Origin: an uncultured Planctomycetota bacterium
GTDB lineage: Bacteria > Planctomycetota > Planctomycetia > Isosphaerales > Isosphaeraceae
Assembly (NCBI GenBank): GCA_963823665.1
Contig: CAWGMQ010000010.1
Coordinates: 2,240,001 to 2,304,000 of the forward strand
DNA length: 64,000 nucleotides
Direction of reading: 5' to 3'
A program made the position numbers and the translations under genes. This document shows positions 23,740 to 33,482 of the stretch, in pieces; position 1 is the first letter of the stretch; every line of letters begins with the position of its first letter. Under the pieces are notes generated by a model. The model did not search any database. It was not told the origin of the DNA and saw only the letters and a program-made list of their open reading frames with translations.

Positions 23740-24168
23740 GCGTCGAGCAGCACCGGATTACGCGCGTTCTCGATGGTATTACGGTGCGGATCGTCATCCT
23801 GATCTGTGAGAACAGACCTCCTCGACCTGTTGGGACGTGAGATGATCGCCAAGGGCGCGGGCGGCATCGTAGGTCGGCACCGAGTCTCTGTCGGCATGGA
23901 GCCAGCAGCATGGACTGCCCCCACCGGCACTCGGCGATCCGCACATCCGGCCTGTGGGCTACTCACTCCTGGATAACCCCCAGCGGATCATCGACACGGG
24001 TATACCCGGCTTTCATAAAGCCGAATTGCGCGATTCGATACCGGGGCCTGGGCCATGCGGGCGCGCTGGTGCTTGGCCGATTTTCGTATGCTCGGATGCC
24101 GCGGATCGACTCCCCGGCCCGTGAATGACTTAGCCTGCCGATCCAGGAGGCGCAAAGTAGAGTCCCGT

Positions 24169-24197
24169 TTGACGCTTGCTGTCGGCCGAGATATCCT
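24169..24197 (+). promoter_or_regulatory. Putative sigma70 promoter of the TA operon
   Basis: TTGACG-N17-TATCCT ending about 40 bp upstream of ATG 24238. Confidence 0.5.
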
Positions 24198-24237
24198 GAA
24201 CCTTTTAGAAGGCAAACTTCCAGATCCCGCGAGAGCA

Positions 24238-24534
24238 ATGAGCGCAATTACCGTCCAACTTGCTCCGGATACCGAGGCGAAGCTACGCCAGCAAGCGGAG
24301 CAAGCCGGCCAAACGCTTGAGGTTTATCTTCAACAGCTCGCGGAACGCGCGGTCGGGAACGGGATGCCCGCGGTGACCGGTGCGGAGTCCAAGCAAGAGC
24401 CGAGGTACACATCCGACCCGAATCCCACAGCGTCTGAAGTTGAGCGGCTCCTCCGTGAGCTTGCGGCGGGTTCGCCGTTGCCGGTCCTTCCGGCTGACTT
24501 CTCGCGAGCCGATATTTACGATGACCACGACTGA
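24238..24534 (+). CDS. Putative antitoxin (RHH-like N-terminus)
   Basis: MSAITVQLAPDTEAKLRQQAEQAG..; ends FSRADIYDDHD; its stop overlaps the ATG of the PIN gene. Confidence 0.75.
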   Translation: MSAITVQLAPDTEAKLRQQAEQAGQTLEVYLQQLAERAVGNGMPAVTGAESKQEPRYTSDPNPTASEVERLLRELAAGSPLPVLPADFSRADIYDDHD

Positions 24535-24995
24535 TGGACGTGCTCGCTGACTCCAGTATTCTCCTCCGTCTGCTAGAAGCTGGCGACCCGCTTCATCCAT
24601 CGATCTGCCAAGCGGTGAGCGTGCTCCAGGGTCGGGGCGAGCGAATCGTCATTGCTCCGCAAAATGCCGCTGAGTTTTGGAATGTTTGCACGCGTCCGGT
24701 GACGGCCAGAGGGGGCTATGGCCTGAGCGTCGAAGAAACGAACGCACGGCTCGTGATCATCGAATCGCTGTTCGCCGTGTTGTCCGAGCCTGCGACTACT
24801 TACGGCATTTGGCGATCGCTCGTGGTGACTCACGGTGTTCAAGGGAAACAAGTGTACGACGCCCGACTCGCTGCACTGATGCAGGCTCACGCAATTAGCC
24901 ATATCTTGACTCTCAATGGGCTGGATTTTGCTCGCTATCCAGGAATTATCCCGATAGACCCGTCAAGCGTGGAAGCACTTCCGCGTGGCACGTAG
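24534..24995 (+). CDS. PIN-domain (VapC-like) toxin
   Basis: PIN acidic motifs LADSSILLR, QNAAEFW, VYDARLAA and ILTLNGLDF. Confidence 0.9.
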   Translation: MDVLADSSILLRLLEAGDPLHPSICQAVSVLQGRGERIVIAPQNAAEFWNVCTRPVTARGGYGLSVEETNARLVIIESLFAVLSEPATTYGIWRSLVVTHGVQGKQVYDARLAALMQAHAISHILTLNGLDFARYPGIIPIDPSSVEALPRGT

Positions 24996-25973
24996 TTTCA
25001 TCATCACGTCGTTGAGCGGTCCCCATCCACCTTCCAGGCGATTCTCCAGTGCACCAATTCTCCGGTCCAAGGCGACCTCGACCGGCGCGATGAAGTAGTC
25101 GTCGAGCCTCAGTTCGCGCTGAATCTCTTCTCTCAATTCTGATTCGAGCCGCTTCCGAAAATCGGTGCTCATGGAGCCAAGGGCCGAGGAACGCAATTGC
25201 GCGCCGGCCCCTGATTGTGGCAATCGAACTGCGGCCTCAATGGTTGGAATCGCCGATTCGAGCTCGGCCAGCTCGACCTCGACGCTCACGACCTTGTCGA
25301 TGAGCGCGGCGGCCTCACCTTCGGCACCGCTTGAGGCAGCCCTCGGCGTGAGCCTATCCAGACCCGCGCGTGCCTCCTCATTGACAGTCCGATGATGATC
25401 GACGCGAGCTTTGATCCTACTGATCGCGCTATGTAATTCGGTAAAATCGTGGTGACAATCCACAAACGATCGCGTCACCGAATTGACAATCGCAGTAGCC
25501 TCCCTCGGATCGGTCGATTCGAAGGATACAAAGGCACAGTCGCTGTCCGGCGAAATCTCGAATTTCAGCCTTCGGCGAATCTCGCCGACCGGATCGTGGG
25601 ACTCGTTGATCAGTGGAAATTCAGAAAGCTTGATCACCGAATCGTTGAGCACACCGTGAATCACGCGATCTTCCATGATCAAAAACCGCTGGGCTCGGGC
25701 AAATGCCTCGAATTCCGCACGCTCCCCGGCTCTGATCCTCGCATAGTCCTGTGGCGAGAGAGTGTGGTCGTAGAGTATACAACCGATCCCGTTTCGAGCC
25801 CGGAGCGTACTGACGGCCTCATAGGTTGGCCGGACCGCGACGAATAGACCGGACGTCGCCGCCAGGACAGTTACCCCGAGGCGAACACGAAGTCGCCTCA
25901 GAGGAATCACGCGCGCCTTGATACGGCGCCGCCAAGCACCTTCTCCTTCGCTGTTTCCCGCAAAGAGTTGCAT
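24963..25973 (-). CDS. Wzz/GumC-like chain-length-determinant-like protein (possibly truncated)
   Basis: N-terminal hydrophobic helix, then SDCAFVSFESTDPREATAIVNSV (Wzz-like motif) followed by coiled coil. Confidence 0.5.
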   Translation of the reverse strand: MQLFAGNSEGEGAWRRRIKARVIPLRRLRVRLGVTVLAATSGLFVAVRPTYEAVSTLRARNGIGCILYDHTLSPQDYARIRAGERAEFEAFARAQRFLIMEDRVIHGVLNDSVIKLSEFPLINESHDPVGEIRRRLKFEISPDSDCAFVSFESTDPREATAIVNSVTRSFVDCHHDFTELHSAISRIKARVDHHRTVNEEARAGLDRLTPRAASSGAEGEAAALIDKVVSVEVELAELESAIPTIEAAVRLPQSGAGAQLRSSALGSMSTDFRKRLESELREEIQRELRLDDYFIAPVEVALDRRIGALENRLEGGWGPLNDVMMKLRATRKCFHA

Positions 25974-26007
25974 CGAATCGGCCCGCCGCGTTCACGCTCC
26001 GTTGCCG

Positions 26008-28039
26008 TCACTTGACCTTTTCCTTCGGAAGCTCAAGCCCGCTATTATGATACCCGCCCACCTGCCGCCGGTTGCTCGGGTCGTGCCGCCACTTCTTGCC
26101 TTCAACAACAAATTTATATTCATGGCTGCCTGCCGCCAGCGTCTGCTTCCGCTCAAACGTCCCCGACGCATCGGGCCCATCCATCTTCAAATCGTCGGGC
26201 TTCCACCCGTTGAATTCCCCGGCCAAATAAACCGCCTTCGTGCCCGCGGGCGCCTTGTACCGAAACGTCACTTCATACTTCCCATTGTCAAGCTTCCGCT
26301 TCGTTGGCCCTCCGAGGCCCAGGTCCTGGTCCGCCAGCGCAACCTCGACATACCCCACGAGCATCTCGTCCTTCGTTTGCTCGCCCCAGCGCACCTCGTG
26401 GCTCGGATCGGGATTCGACGGGTTTCCGGAGGAATTGTCATACCGCGCGATGCAGCGCAGCACCGTTCCCTCGGGCATCAGCTTGGGCTGTTCGAGCACG
26501 TAGACATTCTGCCATTCGAATTCGTACCGCGGCACGTCGAGCAGCACCTCGCGCTTGCGGTCGGGATACACCGCCTCGAACCGAAATGCCTTCCCGCGCA
26601 GGTGCATGTGCGGCAACAGTGAATAAACCAGCGTATCTTGATCGAAACGGTGGTACGCCTCGGCTCCGAAATCGGCATTGCCTGCAGGAATCTTCAAATC
26701 CATGTTGATGGCCGCAATCGCAGTCATCTCCTTGCGCACAGTCTTGGGATCGGCAAAAACCAGCCCGATCTCACTGCGGTCGGTCGTCGGCATGCCGCGC
26801 GGTGTGTAGTGCACCTGAAACATCAGCTTCGACCCGGCCGGAATCAGCTTGGCAGCTCCTTCGGGCAGTATTCGCGGCGGCATTCCGGGCGCATACGCCG
26901 CCAGGAAGTCAATGTTGTTCCGCGACTCGCGCTCGCCCGGTGGAACCACGAACACCACGAGATGATGCACCACCGAAGGATTCCCCGGCCGAACCTGCGA
27001 GGCACGCACCCAGACGTCTTCCTTGAGCTTGGGATCGACCACGAAGTTCTCGTACGGCATCGTCCCCTCGGCCTGGATCTTCACCGTCCTGGGCAGCGAG
27101 ATTCGCAAGTCCGGCGCTGGAATCCGCCAGCCTTTCACATACTTCGCTGGCTCGGGCAGGTCCTTGGCGTCGCCTTCGGGTGCTCCGGAAGAAACCCAGG
27201 CGGCGATCGTTTCCTTCTCCTGGGTGCTTAACTGCGCATTGTTTGAAAACTTGCCGAAGGCCGGGTTGGCGTGCCAGGGAGGCATCCGGCCGCCTTGCAC
27301 GACCTCGTCGATCATGCTCGCCCAGCCCGCGGCCTGCTTGTACGAGTCGAGCGCGAACGGGGCGATCTCGCCTTCTCGGTGACAAGCAACGCACCGATCG
27401 CGCAGGATCCTGGCAATCTCCCGCGAATACGTGACCTTCGCATCGGCCGACGCCTTGGCGACGCGTCCGATCCGGCAGCCCGCCGGCTCGGTGCGAGTCG
27501 TCGCGACAGCACGCCCGGCCAGCAGGTTTTCGAGTGCATCGCTCAGGTCGCGCGCGCGTCGGCGCCGCGCGGTGAATTCCCAGTCCGAACTGGTCGTCGA
27601 CCCGCCCGCGATAGCGCACCATCCGGTCCGAATCGAGCACGAACACCTCGGGCGTGCGCTCGACACTCAGCTTGTCGGCCAGCTCGTTGCCGACGTCCTT
27701 CAGGAGCGGAAACGGCAGGTCGCACTCCTTCGCAAACTGGGCCAGCCGCGATGGCGCATCCTGCTCGTTGGAATCGATGCCGAAGAACGCAACTCCTTTC
27801 TTCTCGTAGCCGCGCGCCAGCTCCGCCAGCCGCGGGGCGTAAATGTTGGCGAGCGGGCATTCCGTTCCCAGAAACGCGAGCACCACCAGCTTGCTCTCCT
27901 TCACCTGCTCGAGATCATGCCAGGCACCGCGAAAATCCTGCAGCTTGAATTGGACCGCCCGGCGCTCGAGCACCTCGTCCCCCGGGACCAGACCCAGGAG
28001 CACCACAATCACCATCGACAGCGGTCCGCGAACGAACAT
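26008..28039 (-). CDS. Redoxin + cytochrome c + Cu-monooxygenase-like domain protein with C-terminal CBM48/early-set-like domain (frameshift ~27555)
   Basis: Redoxin motifs (FLGTECPL, RTPEVFVLD..YRGRVDDQ), CVACH heme motif, VVHH, PHMHLRG and EM motifs, then VYLAGEFNGW..EYKFVVEG. Confidence 0.85.
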
Positions 28040-28181
28040 GATCAAGCCTCGCGTCAAGGACGATTTTCGGAACGCGCCCGTTCGGAATTCCGACGGCATC
28101 CCGATCCTACCACATTCGTCGTAGATTCCCAAGCGGCGAATCGGGCGCCGCGAATGGTACTCTTTCGGCAAGCCTTCATTC

Positions 28182-29801
28182 GTGGTACATTTGTCAGGGG
28201 CAATCGCTGAGGCACATGCCGTGGACAGCAACCAATGGGGAGGCCCGATGGCGGGAAGTGTGGCCGAGACGGAAAGCCCGGCAGTCGAGCCGAGCGGCCT
28301 GCAGGTCAGCCTGGGCGGCTTGATGGTGCTGGTTCTGGCGGCCGGGGTGGCGGCGGGCGCTGCGAGAAGTGCACGCGAGGTTTGGGGCTTGCGGGTGTTG
28401 CCCCCTCCCTCGGGAGCGGCCGGTTCTCCGGTCGGGGGAGGCGCCCCGGTCCCGATCGAGAGGACGGCCGGCGTCGCCTTGGAAATCGTCGCGGTCTTCT
28501 TGCTCGTTGTACTGGCCCGCGCCCTGATCGGCTTGCTGCGAGGCAGCCGTTCGGCTGATCGCTCCGAGCGTCGAATTCGCTCGTGGGGCCTCGCCTGGCG
28601 CATTGGTGCGGCCTGCTTTCTCCTCTGGTACATTTCGGTGGAATCGCAGGTGCTGCGAATCGATTTCGTGCGAGAGCTCGAGATTTCCGCGATGGTTCCT
28701 GGGTGGGACTCCACGTATCGTGTGCATCAGCAGCTTCTCCCGGCCTGCGGCCTGTTTGCGATGCTCGGGCTGGTTCTGGGCAGCGGCGCCGGTTTCTTGC
28801 TGCCAGGCGCTCGGCGACGCAGTCGCCGGCCTTACTGGTTGTTCGTCGTCCTCGCGGGCGTGGCTGCGGTGTTGATCGTTGCGAACGACCGCACCGGATC
28901 GCTGATCGCTCATCTGGTCTTGATCGCGCTCGAGGCGGTCACCTACGCCATGCATCACGGGCCCGATCTCGGTCGAGGGCTCTGGACTCGTCTGCTTCAC
29001 GCCGGAAGTGACGCAGCAATCTGCGGCGGTGTTTGCCTGGCGCTCGCACTGGTGGTGGCGCGAGACTTCGAGATGCTCCGCCGCGGCAATCTCCCGGCGG
29101 CGAGCCGAACCGGCCGGTTGCTCCGCCTGCTGTTGCTCGCCGGTGCGGCGGGCGCAGGATTGTACGTCGCGGTCGTGACGATCCCCGCGATTCATCCCTG
29201 GTTTGCCACGGGTTTTCGTCAGGTACTGGGCCCTCTCGAGGTCGGCATGATCCTGAGCTGCTTCGGTCTATTCGGCGCGGGCATGACCGCGCGGGCACTC
29301 ATCGCCGCACCCGAGCACCAACCCTCACGGTGGCTGGGACGGCTCCGGGCTCTCTACAGGCTGTCGATCCTGGGCCTGATTCTGTTCGCCGTCTTGAACG
29401 TCTTGCCAGATTCCTCGCAGTTCCCGCCCTATGCGCCTCGCGTCGTCACCTCAGCCGTTGCCGTGATCAACGGAGCCGTCGCCCGCTTCTGGGATCAATT
29501 CCCCGACTCGTTAACCGCGAGCGCGCTGAGCATGCTCGCGATTGAAAACCTCCTGTGGACATCGCTGATTCTCACGATGATGTGTTTCGTGCTGGAGCTC
29601 CTGATTCGTGACAACTTGCAGCTAAACTCACCATTCGATCGCCTCGCGGAATCACCGAAGAGGGCAGGGCGATTCGCCTGGCTTGTCGCGGGTTTCGTCG
29701 TCGTGTGCGTAACGGCATTGCCCATTCTGATCGTCGCCGGCCAGGTTCTTGTGCTCGTGCGAGAGGTCGCGGGCAACATGCGGAACGGTTGGGGGAATTG
29801 A
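28182..29801 (+). CDS. Hypothetical multi-pass membrane protein
   Basis: 539-aa ORF with many hydrophobic segments. The true start may be downstream (MAGSV). Confidence 0.7.
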   Translation: MVHLSGAIAEAHAVDSNQWGGPMAGSVAETESPAVEPSGLQVSLGGLMVLVLAAGVAAGAARSAREVWGLRVLPPPSGAAGSPVGGGAPVPIERTAGVALEIVAVFLLVVLARALIGLLRGSRSADRSERRIRSWGLAWRIGAACFLLWYISVESQVLRIDFVRELEISAMVPGWDSTYRVHQQLLPACGLFAMLGLVLGSGAGFLLPGARRRSRRPYWLFVVLAGVAAVLIVANDRTGSLIAHLVLIALEAVTYAMHHGPDLGRGLWTRLLHAGSDAAICGGVCLALALVVARDFEMLRRGNLPAASRTGRLLRLLLLAGAAGAGLYVAVVTIPAIHPWFATGFRQVLGPLEVGMILSCFGLFGAGMTARALIAAPEHQPSRWLGRLRALYRLSILGLILFAVLNVLPDSSQFPPYAPRVVTSAVAVINGAVARFWDQFPDSLTASALSMLAIENLLWTSLILTMMCFVLELLIRDNLQLNSPFDRLAESPKRAGRFAWLVAGFVVVCVTALPILIVAGQVLVLVREVAGNMRNGWGN

Positions 29802-29858
29802 ACCTACACTCAGAAGAGATTGACCTTCTCACCCAGACCGCCTATGATCCCGCCTCGA

Positions 29859-29945
29859 GTAGGTCAGGCATTGGCCTGACGCATTTGGGAGAGACGTCAG
29901 GCTAGAACGAACCGCGAAAATACGTCAGGCTAAGGCCTGATCTAC
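29859..29945. repeat. GTAG-type REP doublet (REPIN-like)
   Basis: GTAG-GTCAGGC-attg-GCCTGAC followed by the inverted copy GTCAGGC-taag-GCCTGAT-CTAC; intergenic. Confidence 0.75.
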
Positions 29946-29968
29946 AGCGGACGGCACGGAGGCCGATC

Positions 29969-31636
29969 ATGCCCTTTGACGAAGCCGCCATCGAAGCCGT
30001 CGCTACTGCAACGACAGCCCCGGCCCGCTCGCGCCGGCGCCGTTTCGCAAGCGCGCTTCCAACTGCTGAGCGCGATCCAAGCCCGACGCACGCGCGCACG
30101 CTCTTCGCCTACCTCACAGCGCTCGGAGGCGGCATCGTCACCGCTTGCGCCTGGCTCATTCCCGAAACAGTCGCCGCCGCAGCGCTGGGTTGGATCGCGG
30201 CCATGCTCCTGGTTTATTCGCTGCGCCTGCGTGCGGCCTGCCTTCCGGTGTATCTTGGCGGAGCTGTCGGGCACGCGATTGCGTTTTACTGGGTGTTCCC
30301 GACCGTGGCCACGTTCGGCGGCTTCGGACTGATCATCTCGGGATTGATCTTCGCCGGCTTCGTCGTCACGGGAGCGCTGCTCTTCTTCGTTTTCTCATTC
30401 GTTCACCGCCATCTTCCCCCGTTCGTCGACCGATTCGCCCTGCGCGCACCGGTTTCCATCGCAATTGCCGAGCTGGTGACCCTCCGCTTGTTCCCCTGGC
30501 ACTTCGGGCACACGCAGATCGCGTTCCGTCCGTTCGTTCAGCTCGCCGGTCTGGGCGGGGCGATCCTGGTTTCGGTCGTGCTCTTCTGGGTCGCCGAGGC
30601 GGCGGTGCGGGCGATCGTTTTTCGCGAGCGCAGGAACGAGTTCCTGCTGCCGCTTCTGGCCTTCGGTCTCGCCCTCGGCTATGGCGCCGAAGTCACCGAT
30701 GCGCATGCGCACCGCCGCGATCCCGAGCAAGAGGTGATCGTGGTGCAGGGCAACGGATCACTCGACGAGATGAAAGAGCCTGCTTCAATTGAACGAGTGA
30801 TGAGGCGCACATTCGAGCTGACCACGCGAGCCACCAGGCCGGGGACCCTGATCGTCTGGCCCGAAGGTTCGATTCCCGCCTATCTGCCGGCCTATCTCGG
30901 GTCGGCCCGAAAGGATGCGTCCCTACCATGGTTGGGAGACGGTTCCGCCCTCCTGATCGGGGCTTACTCATTCACGGACGAAGAGCATCGTTATAACTCG
31001 GCGTTCGCGGTTTACCCCGACGGCACGGTCCCCAGGCCATACAACAAACAAATCCTCATTCCATTTGGCGAATATATACCCGGCGCCTCGATCTTCCCGT
31101 GGCTGAATCAGGCCAACGAGAACGCCGGGATCTTCACCGCCGGTACCGAGGTGAAGGTCTTCTCTTACCCCATGACGCGCACGAACGGCCAAGAATACCA
31201 GGCGAGAGCGGCCCCGCTGATCTGCTATGAAGACACGCTTCCCACTCTCGCACGGCAGGCGACCCGCAAGGGTGCGCAGCTCCTGGTAAACCTAACCTTT
31301 GACACGTGGTTCGGGAGCACCCATGCGCCCTATCAGCACCACTTGATCGCCGCATTTCGCGCCATCGAGAATCGGCGATACTTGATCCGTTGCACGAATT
31401 CCGGCTACACCGCCGTGGTCGACCCGACGGGCCGCACGATCGCCAGCATCCCAATGTTCACCGCGGGCACGCTCAAAACAAAGGTTCGCTTGATCGATGA
31501 AATGACGGTCTACACCGCGTATCTGGGTGAAACCCCATGGTGGCTGTTACTCGTCGTGGCGCTGGGCTTGATGGTGATGGAAGCGCGGAAACGGCGCCGT
31601 GCATCCTTGATCAGCCGCGTCCCCATGTCGACTTGA
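29969..31636 (+). CDS. lnt: Apolipoprotein N-acyltransferase
   Basis: TM region followed by nitrilase-fold motifs VQGN, WPEG, KQILIPFGEYIP, ICYE, DTWFG and RAIENRR. Confidence 0.93.
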   Translation: MPFDEAAIEAVATATTAPARSRRRRFASALPTAERDPSPTHARTLFAYLTALGGGIVTACAWLIPETVAAAALGWIAAMLLVYSLRLRAACLPVYLGGAVGHAIAFYWVFPTVATFGGFGLIISGLIFAGFVVTGALLFFVFSFVHRHLPPFVDRFALRAPVSIAIAELVTLRLFPWHFGHTQIAFRPFVQLAGLGGAILVSVVLFWVAEAAVRAIVFRERRNEFLLPLLAFGLALGYGAEVTDAHAHRRDPEQEVIVVQGNGSLDEMKEPASIERVMRRTFELTTRATRPGTLIVWPEGSIPAYLPAYLGSARKDASLPWLGDGSALLIGAYSFTDEEHRYNSAFAVYPDGTVPRPYNKQILIPFGEYIPGASIFPWLNQANENAGIFTAGTEVKVFSYPMTRTNGQEYQARAAPLICYEDTLPTLARQATRKGAQLLVNLTFDTWFGSTHAPYQHHLIAAFRAIENRRYLIRCTNSGYTAVVDPTGRTIASIPMFTAGTLKTKVRLIDEMTVYTAYLGETPWWLLLVVALGLMVMEARKRRRASLISRVPMST

Positions 31637-33422
31637 GCCGCATGACCGACCAGTACGAGAGAAGCGCAGCGATCACCGAGTTGACGGCCGCCAGCGTGGC
31701 CGCTATTCCCAGCGGCGGCACGATTCGGGCCGAATGAGAGGACCCGGTCATGACCTCGCCCGTCAGCATGAACTTGAAGTCGCGATAGGATGCGAGCGCC
31801 AGCCAGAACTGATACGGCCATGTCGTGAAAATCGCGTACACGAAGAGCGCGGCCGCGGTCAGGAACAGTGCGCGCGTGGAGTTGGCGGCGAGCGTCGAGG
31901 CAAGAACGCCGATCGCCGCCGTGAGCCAGGCGGAAGTGGCGAGAATCGCGACGCCGGCAACAAGGCCGATCGGATGAATTGCACCCAGCACGAGGCCGGC
32001 GGCCAGGATGCACACGAGCCCAATTCCCAGCCAGCGCGCGCTCCAGACGGCGCCGAACTGCTTGCCGCGGATGACCTCGCGCGGGGTCAAGAGAGTCGTC
32101 GCCAGGCTGATCCAGGTATCCCCCTCTCGTTCGGACGTGATGCTCGAGGCCGCCGCCGCGCCGATCGGCAGGATGGCCAGCACCGCCAGCGCTGCGGTCG
32201 ATGTCCGCAGGCCGAGGTTGATTTCATCCCAGATGCGCGTGCGGTGCTTGCCGCTGACCAGATCAGCAACCACGGATGCCGACATATCGGCGAGATAGCA
32301 GCACAAAAGCACGATGAAGAACAGGGCAACCGGCCGGCTGCCCAGCCATTTCAGCCCGCCACCCATGCGCGTGAATCGCTCCTTCCAGAGCATCGGGTCT
32401 TCGCCGCAAGAGGGACGGTCCCTTCGCGTGGCCAGAAGCGCATTGCGCGTGAGCGCGGCGGTCGCGCGTGCCTCGACGACCTGCCGGAACCGTGTGCGAA
32501 TGCGAGTGAACCAGCCCGTCTGCGGTTTGGCGCCGGGCCAGGCCGTGCCGCGAAGGGGACGAAGCGTGGCAATGGCCACAATCAGGAAAAGTGAGCCGCC
32601 GAGCGCCTGAATGCCCGACATCAATCCGAAGTTCCACTCAAACGAATTCCAGGAAGCCGCCCAGCCCGGAGTGAAGCCGATCATCGGGTTGTAGCTCCGC
32701 ATGGTCGAGAGCGACCACACGTGAATCGGATTGAACGTGAGCAGTGCACGGTTCACCTGATCCGTCCAGCCCAGCGGCCCGTCTTCGAACAGAGCCGTGA
32801 TTCCCTTCGTGAACGGCGCGGACAGCCAGATCGCTCCCAGACCATAAGTGGCCAGGATGGCGTCGCGCGGGCGCCTGGCCAGCACCGAGATCAGCGTCGA
32901 GAATCCGGCCGCAAACAGCACCATGGTCGCCGTCCCCATGTAAACATAAAAGATGTTGACCGGATTCAGCCCGCCGTAGAGCATGAGCAAGCTGACGATC
33001 GGCAGACCAAGCGCAACGAACGCGACGACGTGAACGAGCCGCGCGCCGAGCTTGCCAAGCACGATCTCGGCACTCGAGAGCCGGCTGGCCAGCAGGTAAT
33101 GCAGTGTCTTTCTCTGGTACTCGTCGGGGATGATCCCGGCGACGAGCGCCGGGATCAGCAGCAAGAGCGCCAGCCCCTGCACGCCCGCGAACTGGATGAA
33201 CGCGTCTTCCGCGAAGGCCTGGACTTCCTCGAGCGAGCTCGGCTTGTAATAGAAGGGCCTCGCCCTGGCCCCCGCTTCGTGCTCCGCCTCCCAGTTGCGA
33301 AACAAGACCCAGAGCTGGCTGAGCAAGACCAGACCGTAGATCACTCTCAAAACGTAATACCGGCGGCGGCGCGACGTGGTGATCAGCTCATACCGCATTA
33401 CCGGGCCCAGGCTGAAGAACAT
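31611..33422 (-). CDS. ABC transporter permease-like membrane protein (paralog 2)
   Basis: GPVMRYEL..RRRYY, EYQRKTLHYLLASRLSSAEIVLGKL, and a second half SEREGDTW..LTPREVIRGK. Confidence 0.85.
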   Translation of the reverse strand: MFFSLGPVMRYELITTSRRRRYYVLRVIYGLVLLSQLWVLFRNWEAEHEAGARARPFYYKPSSLEEVQAFAEDAFIQFAGVQGLALLLLIPALVAGIIPDEYQRKTLHYLLASRLSSAEIVLGKLGARLVHVVAFVALGLPIVSLLMLYGGLNPVNIFYVYMGTATMVLFAAGFSTLISVLARRPRDAILATYGLGAIWLSAPFTKGITALFEDGPLGWTDQVNRALLTFNPIHVWSLSTMRSYNPMIGFTPGWAASWNSFEWNFGLMSGIQALGGSLFLIVAIATLRPLRGTAWPGAKPQTGWFTRIRTRFRQVVEARATAALTRNALLATRRDRPSCGEDPMLWKERFTRMGGGLKWLGSRPVALFFIVLLCCYLADMSASVVADLVSGKHRTRIWDEINLGLRTSTAALAVLAILPIGAAAASSITSEREGDTWISLATTLLTPREVIRGKQFGAVWSARWLGIGLVCILAAGLVLGAIHPIGLVAGVAILATSAWLTAAIGVLASTLAANSTRALFLTAAALFVYAIFTTWPYQFWLALASYRDFKFMLTGEVMTGSSHSARIVPPLGIAATLAAVNSVIAALLSYWSVMRLKSTWGRG

Positions 33423-33482
33423 CAACGACTCCGAGAATAAACGGTTGATAGTGACTGAACGCCCTGGCGATGAATCCCGCGA

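Noticed and set aside
26909..28714. 601-aa minus-strand ORF as one protein
   Set aside because: Only 28039 to ~27555 is the redoxin part; the rest is antisense to the membrane-protein gene or out of frame.
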